Of a stretch of 19,868 nt of DNA, positions 16,465-19,868 are shown in pieces. The stretch is from positions 1 through 19,868 of the forward strand of contig JBHGBC010000110.1 of NCBI GenBank assembly GCA_041946805.1, given 5' to 3'. Position 1 is the first letter of the stretch. Every line of letters starts with the position of its first letter. The DNA is from a bacterium. Lineage in GTDB: Bacteria > Hinthialibacterota > Hinthialibacteria > Hinthialibacterales > Hinthialibacteraceae. The notes below the pieces were generated by a model. It was not told the DNA's origin. It saw only the letters and a list, made by a program, of their open reading frames with translations, and did no database searches. The position numbers and the translations under genes were made by a program.

Positions 16465-17985
16465 TTATTCCTCCCGGCTGTATAGCAATCCTTCCATCAA
16501 ATCGCTGCTCAGGGCCGAGGGACACCAGTATTTTTCGATGTGCTTCACCACCAGTTGCGTTCCCAGGCCGTGGCTGACGTAGGGTTTATCCTTGGGATCG
16601 TACATGGCGTCGGTCAGATCCCGCAGCAAAACGCATTGAAAACCCAGCCGGGACATCCGCCGGATGGCGAAGCTGCGGCCCAGGACGCACATGTTGGTAT
16701 GCACCCCGGTGTACAGGATGTTATTGATTCCCTGCTGTTTCAAATAGGCGTAGATCTCGTCGCCGTTGTCCGAAATCACGTCGTGCTCGCCGATCTCGAT
16801 GAGCGGACTTTGGCTGGACCATGCTTCGTATTGGATGGGATTGTCCGTGTCGCATCCCCCATCCGAATCGTCGATGGGCAGAGGCGGTTCCTCGACATCC
16901 GCCAGAGTGGGAATCTCAATCCGCGGAACCATTTGAATCCGGCGGCGCTGGGGCCAATCGGCATAGGCTGCCATGGTGTCCGAGGGCGAGTGGATGATGA
17001 GAATCCCCTTCTCCCGCGCGTATTTCAGCACTTGATTCAACCGGACGGCCAGCGCTTCGCAGCGGGCTGTCGCGCCCTCGCACCAATGCCGGTTCCACAT
17101 GTCGCAGATCAGGATGGCGGTTTCGGGAATCCGGAAGGTTTGTTCGAAAGCCGTTTCCTGCCATTGGTCCAGGCCCTTGTACGGTTTCACCTGGGCGCGG
17201 AGCCGGAGGGTGAATTCGCCTGAGGATTGGGGCCGTTCCGCGATTTCGGGCAGCGGTTTGGCCTCCACCGGACGTTTGGCGGTCCAGAACAGGGCGTTGC
17301 TCAGCAGACGCAGGTAGGCGGCGTTGTGAAAATCCTGCAGGCCTCCGAGCGAGGTATAAAACACGCGTCCTCCCCGGTTCGTCCGCACCCAGGCCGCCGG
17401 TTGTTCGGTCTTCTCCGTGGGGATGGAGGAGGTCATCAAGACGGTGGCGTCCTCCGCCACCGGCGCGGTGCGGTAGAGGCTGTACACCGAACGGAAATTC
17501 ACCACGCCCTCCAGGACGGGATGAGTCCGGCCCTCGGGCGTCACGGAGGCGCTTTGGGTGAAATCGTTCCCAAAGTGGTTGTTGTAATTTCCGCCCAGGA
17601 CTTCCTTATCGAAGGCCAGCCAGTTTTGGAATCCATGGCTGGCGGTGCGGACCGCGACGAGGGGCTTTCCGGACTCGCAGTACTTCTTGATCCGCTCCAA
17701 CGGTTCTCCGCCGATCACCAGCCGCCGGGTGTAGAACAGGGCCACATCGCAGGTGTCCAAGGCCTCCAGGCCGGGCAGGGCATGAAATCCCTGGGCCTTG
17801 AGCAGGGTGCATTGCGCGTTGTAACGGCTCTCCAGATGCTGTTTGAACAAGGTCAGGCAGGTATCCGAATCGTATTCCGCCGAGCCGGAGACCAGGCACA
17901 CCTTCAATGGTTCCGCGCTCCAGGACGGAAGGGACAGGAGAATTCCGGCGAAAAGGGGAAAGAAGAAAAGGATGGATTTTTTCAT
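16465..17985 (-). CDS. Secreted ThuA-like domain plus isochorismatase (cysteine hydrolase) fusion, about 506 aa
   Basis: GAGG RBS before ATG 17985 and a Sec signal MKKSILFFF...SWSA. ThuA-like motifs GKPLVAVRTASHGF, LGGNYNNH, PAAW and GGRVFYTSLG. Isochorismatase motifs ICDMWN, GVHTNMCV and LRDLTD. Confidence 0.85.
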   Translation of the reverse strand: MKKSILFFFPLFAGILLSLPSWSAEPLKVCLVSGSAEYDSDTCLTLFKQHLESRYNAQCTLLKAQGFHALPGLEALDTCDVALFYTRRLVIGGEPLERIKKYCESGKPLVAVRTASHGFQNWLAFDKEVLGGNYNNHFGNDFTQSASVTPEGRTHPVLEGVVNFRSVYSLYRTAPVAEDATVLMTSSIPTEKTEQPAAWVRTNRGGRVFYTSLGGLQDFHNAAYLRLLSNALFWTAKRPVEAKPLPEIAERPQSSGEFTLRLRAQVKPYKGLDQWQETAFEQTFRIPETAILICDMWNRHWCEGATARCEALAVRLNQVLKYAREKGILIIHSPSDTMAAYADWPQRRRIQMVPRIEIPTLADVEEPPLPIDDSDGGCDTDNPIQYEAWSSQSPLIEIGEHDVISDNGDEIYAYLKQQGINNILYTGVHTNMCVLGRSFAIRRMSRLGFQCVLLRDLTDAMYDPKDKPYVSHGLGTQLVVKHIEKYWCPSALSSDLMEGLLYSREE

Positions 17986-18086
17986 GATGGATACCTCGTG
18001 GAATAGCATGAATTGATGGTTTTTTTTAGCATTTTCATCCCCGCAGGGATAGAATGCGATTCCATTTGAACAAAGCGGGAATGATT

Positions 18087-18108
18087 GCAGGCGGGATGTC
18101 TGCGCCAC
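18087..18108. repeat. REP-like palindrome, family A copy 1
   Basis: GCAGGCGGGATGTCTGCGCCAC, 18/22 identical to 18406-18427. Confidence 0.65.
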
Positions 18109-18116
18109 AATCAGTT

Positions 18117-18279
18117 CCCTTACCCCGGCCCTCTCCCGGAGGGAGAGGAAGGACAGAATTGGGGGGTGATGGAATTTCCCCTCCAGTCTGATCTTGCCAC
18201 GACTGCCCTGAAAGGCATTGTCCCGCCCAAAAACCGATAACCTATTCCCTCTCCCTCTGGGAGAGGGCGAGGGTGAGGG
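18117..18279. repeat. Inverted doublet of family-B REP-like units (REPIN-like)
   Basis: CCCTTACCCCGGCCCTCTCCCGGAGGGAGAGG (18117-18148) faces the opposite-strand copy CCCCTCACCCTCGCCCTCTCCCAGAGGGAGAGGGAA (18279-18245). The spacer contains TGCCCTGAAAGGCA (18204-18217). Confidence 0.8.
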
Positions 18280-18405
18280 AAGCCTTTAATTCCGGTCATT
18301 GAGGTGGATACCGCTGGGTTCAAGCCATACTGCATTTCCTTTCACCCCCCTCCTAACCTTCAACGACCTTCAGGGAGAAATCAAGAAAATAATCTCATGG
18401 CTCAT

Positions 18406-18473
18406 GCAGGCAAGATGCCTGCACCACCATGGCCCCCTCCCCCCCGGCCCCTCTCCCACAAGGGGAGAGGGGA
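18406..18473. repeat. Family A copy 2 followed by a family-B copy
   Basis: GCAGGCAAGATGCCTGCACCAC (18406-18427), then CCCCTCTCCC-ACAAG-GGGAGAGGGG within 18433-18473. Confidence 0.75.
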
Positions 18474-18484
18474 GATGCTACTTT

Positions 18485-18517
18485 AGCGGGCCGCGCTTCG
18501 CTTTGAGCCCACCCTAC
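18485..18517 (-). repeat. GTAG-type REP-like element
   Basis: Minus strand reads GTAGGGTGGGCTCAAAGCGAAGCGCGGCCCGCT: GTAG tetranucleotide, imperfect stem and GCGAAGC loop. Confidence 0.6.
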
Positions 18518-18548
18518 ATGCTACATGATTGTGTTGAGTGCTTATGTT

Positions 18549-18634
18549 GTGAGAGGGCGAGGCTCCCGCCGAGCCGTTTGCTTCCGTAAGACCTAGGGTA
18601 TGAACGCGGCTCACCCGGAGGTTCGCCCTCCCAC
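18549..18634. repeat. Inverted doublet, family E (GGGAGGGCGAGGCTCC...GAGCCG)
   Basis: 18549-18576 and the reverse complement of 18607-18634 match at 22/28 positions, with a 30-nt spacer. Lies just downstream of the stop at 18671. Confidence 0.75.
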
Positions 18635-18670
18635 TCTCACCCCACGTTTCTCCGTTTCTCAAAATAACTT

Positions 18671-19868
18671 TCACACCTGTTCCGGGATGGCATACGGCTC
18701 CCGGTGTTCGGCACGGACCAGGCGGTTGGCTTCATCATCGCCGATAAAGCGTTCGGTTTGCGCGTCGAACTGGAGTTTGCGGCACCCCACGCGGTACGAG
18801 ATTCCCGCCAAGTGCACCAGGCACGCGCTGCGCTGGCCCTCTTCGATGTCCGCGTTGGGCGTCTCCCGCGTGCGGACGCAGTGGAGGAAGTTCTCCTTAT
18901 GCGCGTCGTCGGGAACCCGGCCGAATTCCTGGGCGATCAACTCGCCCGGGCGCGATTGGATCTTGGACTTGCCGAAAACCTGCCAGCCGCCGCCGTGCCG
19001 CCCGATGTACATGATTCCCTCCGTGCCGTACAGCTCGATGCGGGTGGCGCATTGCGGCCAGAATGGGAACAGGTCGCCGTTCCGGACATCGCCGGCGATC
19101 TTGTCCATGTACGGCGACCATTGCGAGAGTTCGAAGGTCATGACCAGACCGTCAAAATCGTAGGTTGTGACCAAGGTATCCGGCGCTTCGCGATCATCCT
19201 GGAAGGCGTAAATCCCACCACTGCTGTGCACGGCCTTGGGATAGTCACGCCCGATGATCATACGCGCCAGGTCCAGTTGATGAACCCCGTCGTCTCCGAT
19301 GTCGCCCGCCGAGAACGCCCACAGCAGACGGTTGCCCACCAGGCCGCGGCAATAGGGGCGGTAGGGCACCGGCCCCAGCCAGAGGTCGTAATGCAATCCC
19401 TCGGGCGGATCGCTCGCGGGACCGAGATGGAAGGCTCCGGGGCCGGTTTTCAGGTTGAAAACCTTGCAGAGATACACCGTCCCCAGCTTTCCGCTTTTCA
19501 CATACTCCAGCGCCTTGAGATTGTAAGGCGCGCTGCGGTTTTGCGTCCCCACCTGCACGATCCGCTGGTATTTCCTCGCCGCCTCGGCCATTTTTCTCCC
19601 GTCCCAAATGGTCAGCGCGGGGGGTTTCTCCACGTACACATCCTTGCCCGCCTGACAGGCCCACACGGCGGCCAGCGCGTGCCAGTGGTCCTCGGTGGCG
19701 ATCACCACGGCGTCCACGTCCGGATTATCCAGCACGCGGCGCAAGTCGTACTCCCGCCGGGGACGCCGGCCCTTGGCGTTCTCCACGAAAGCCATCAATT
19801 CCGGAATCCCGGAACGGTTGTCGTTCACGTCACAGAGACAGGCGATCTCCACATCCTCCAGGGCTCTG
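18671..19868 (-). CDS. Gfo/Idh/MocA family oxidoreductase, 5' end outside the window
   Basis: Frame is open to the window edge (RALEDVEIAC...). Motifs TEDHWH, DVYVEKP, QVGTQNRS, LWLGP and DGVHQLD. The first Rossmann strand is missing, so the gene is truncated by the window. Confidence 0.92.
   Translation of the reverse strand, partial: RALEDVEIACLCDVNDNRSGIPELMAFVENAKGRRPRREYDLRRVLDNPDVDAVVIATEDHWHALAAVWACQAGKDVYVEKPPALTIWDGRKMAEAARKYQRIVQVGTQNRSAPYNLKALEYVKSGKLGTVYLCKVFNLKTGPGAFHLGPASDPPEGLHYDLWLGPVPYRPYCRGLVGNRLLWAFSAGDIGDDGVHQLDLARMIIGRDYPKAVHSSGGIYAFQDDREAPDTLVTTYDFDGLVMTFELSQWSPYMDKIAGDVRNGDLFPFWPQCATRIELYGTEGIMYIGRHGGGWQVFGKSKIQSRPGELIAQEFGRVPDDAHKENFLHCVRTRETPNADIEEGQRSACLVHLAGISYRVGCRKLQFDAQTERFIGDDEANRLVRAEHREPYAIPEQV

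Noticed and set aside
18087..18634. CRISPR array
   Set aside because: The repeats belong to different families, have mixed orientation and irregular spacing, and no cas genes are present.
18120..18674. Small ORFs of 60-96 aa in the repeat-rich spacer
   Set aside because: They are translations of palindromic repeats (PHPRPLPEGEG-type peptides), with no coherent protein features.

Overview
GC-rich bacterial chromosomal window. The gene content (several Gfo/Idh/MocA paralogues, Tat/Sec-exported enzymes, a URO-D-like protein) and REP-like repeats suggest a PVC-like or related candidate-phylum organism; this is inference only. Almost all genes are on the minus strand. In coordinate order: an HpnN-like MMPL transporter and HpnO-like class III aminotransferase (hopanoid pair), a Trm112 protein, a DHDPS-family aldolase, an AT-richer two-gene cassette (DUF4276-like TOPRIM protein plus an ABC/AAA_21 ATPase interrupted by one in-frame TGA), glgC, a CbiX/SirB chelatase, a GT-C-like membrane protein, a URO-D-family protein, three Gfo/Idh/MocA oxidoreductases (one Tat-exported and on the + strand, one cut by the window edge) and a secreted ThuA-isochorismatase fusion. 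Intergenic spacers hold several distinct REP-like palindrome families, densest at 18087-18634. The best candidates for something new are the ATPase+DUF4276 putative defence cassette with its in-frame stop, the two-gene hopanoid module with a large insertion in HpnN, and the mosaic REP array. Family calls come from recognising motifs; no database search was run.
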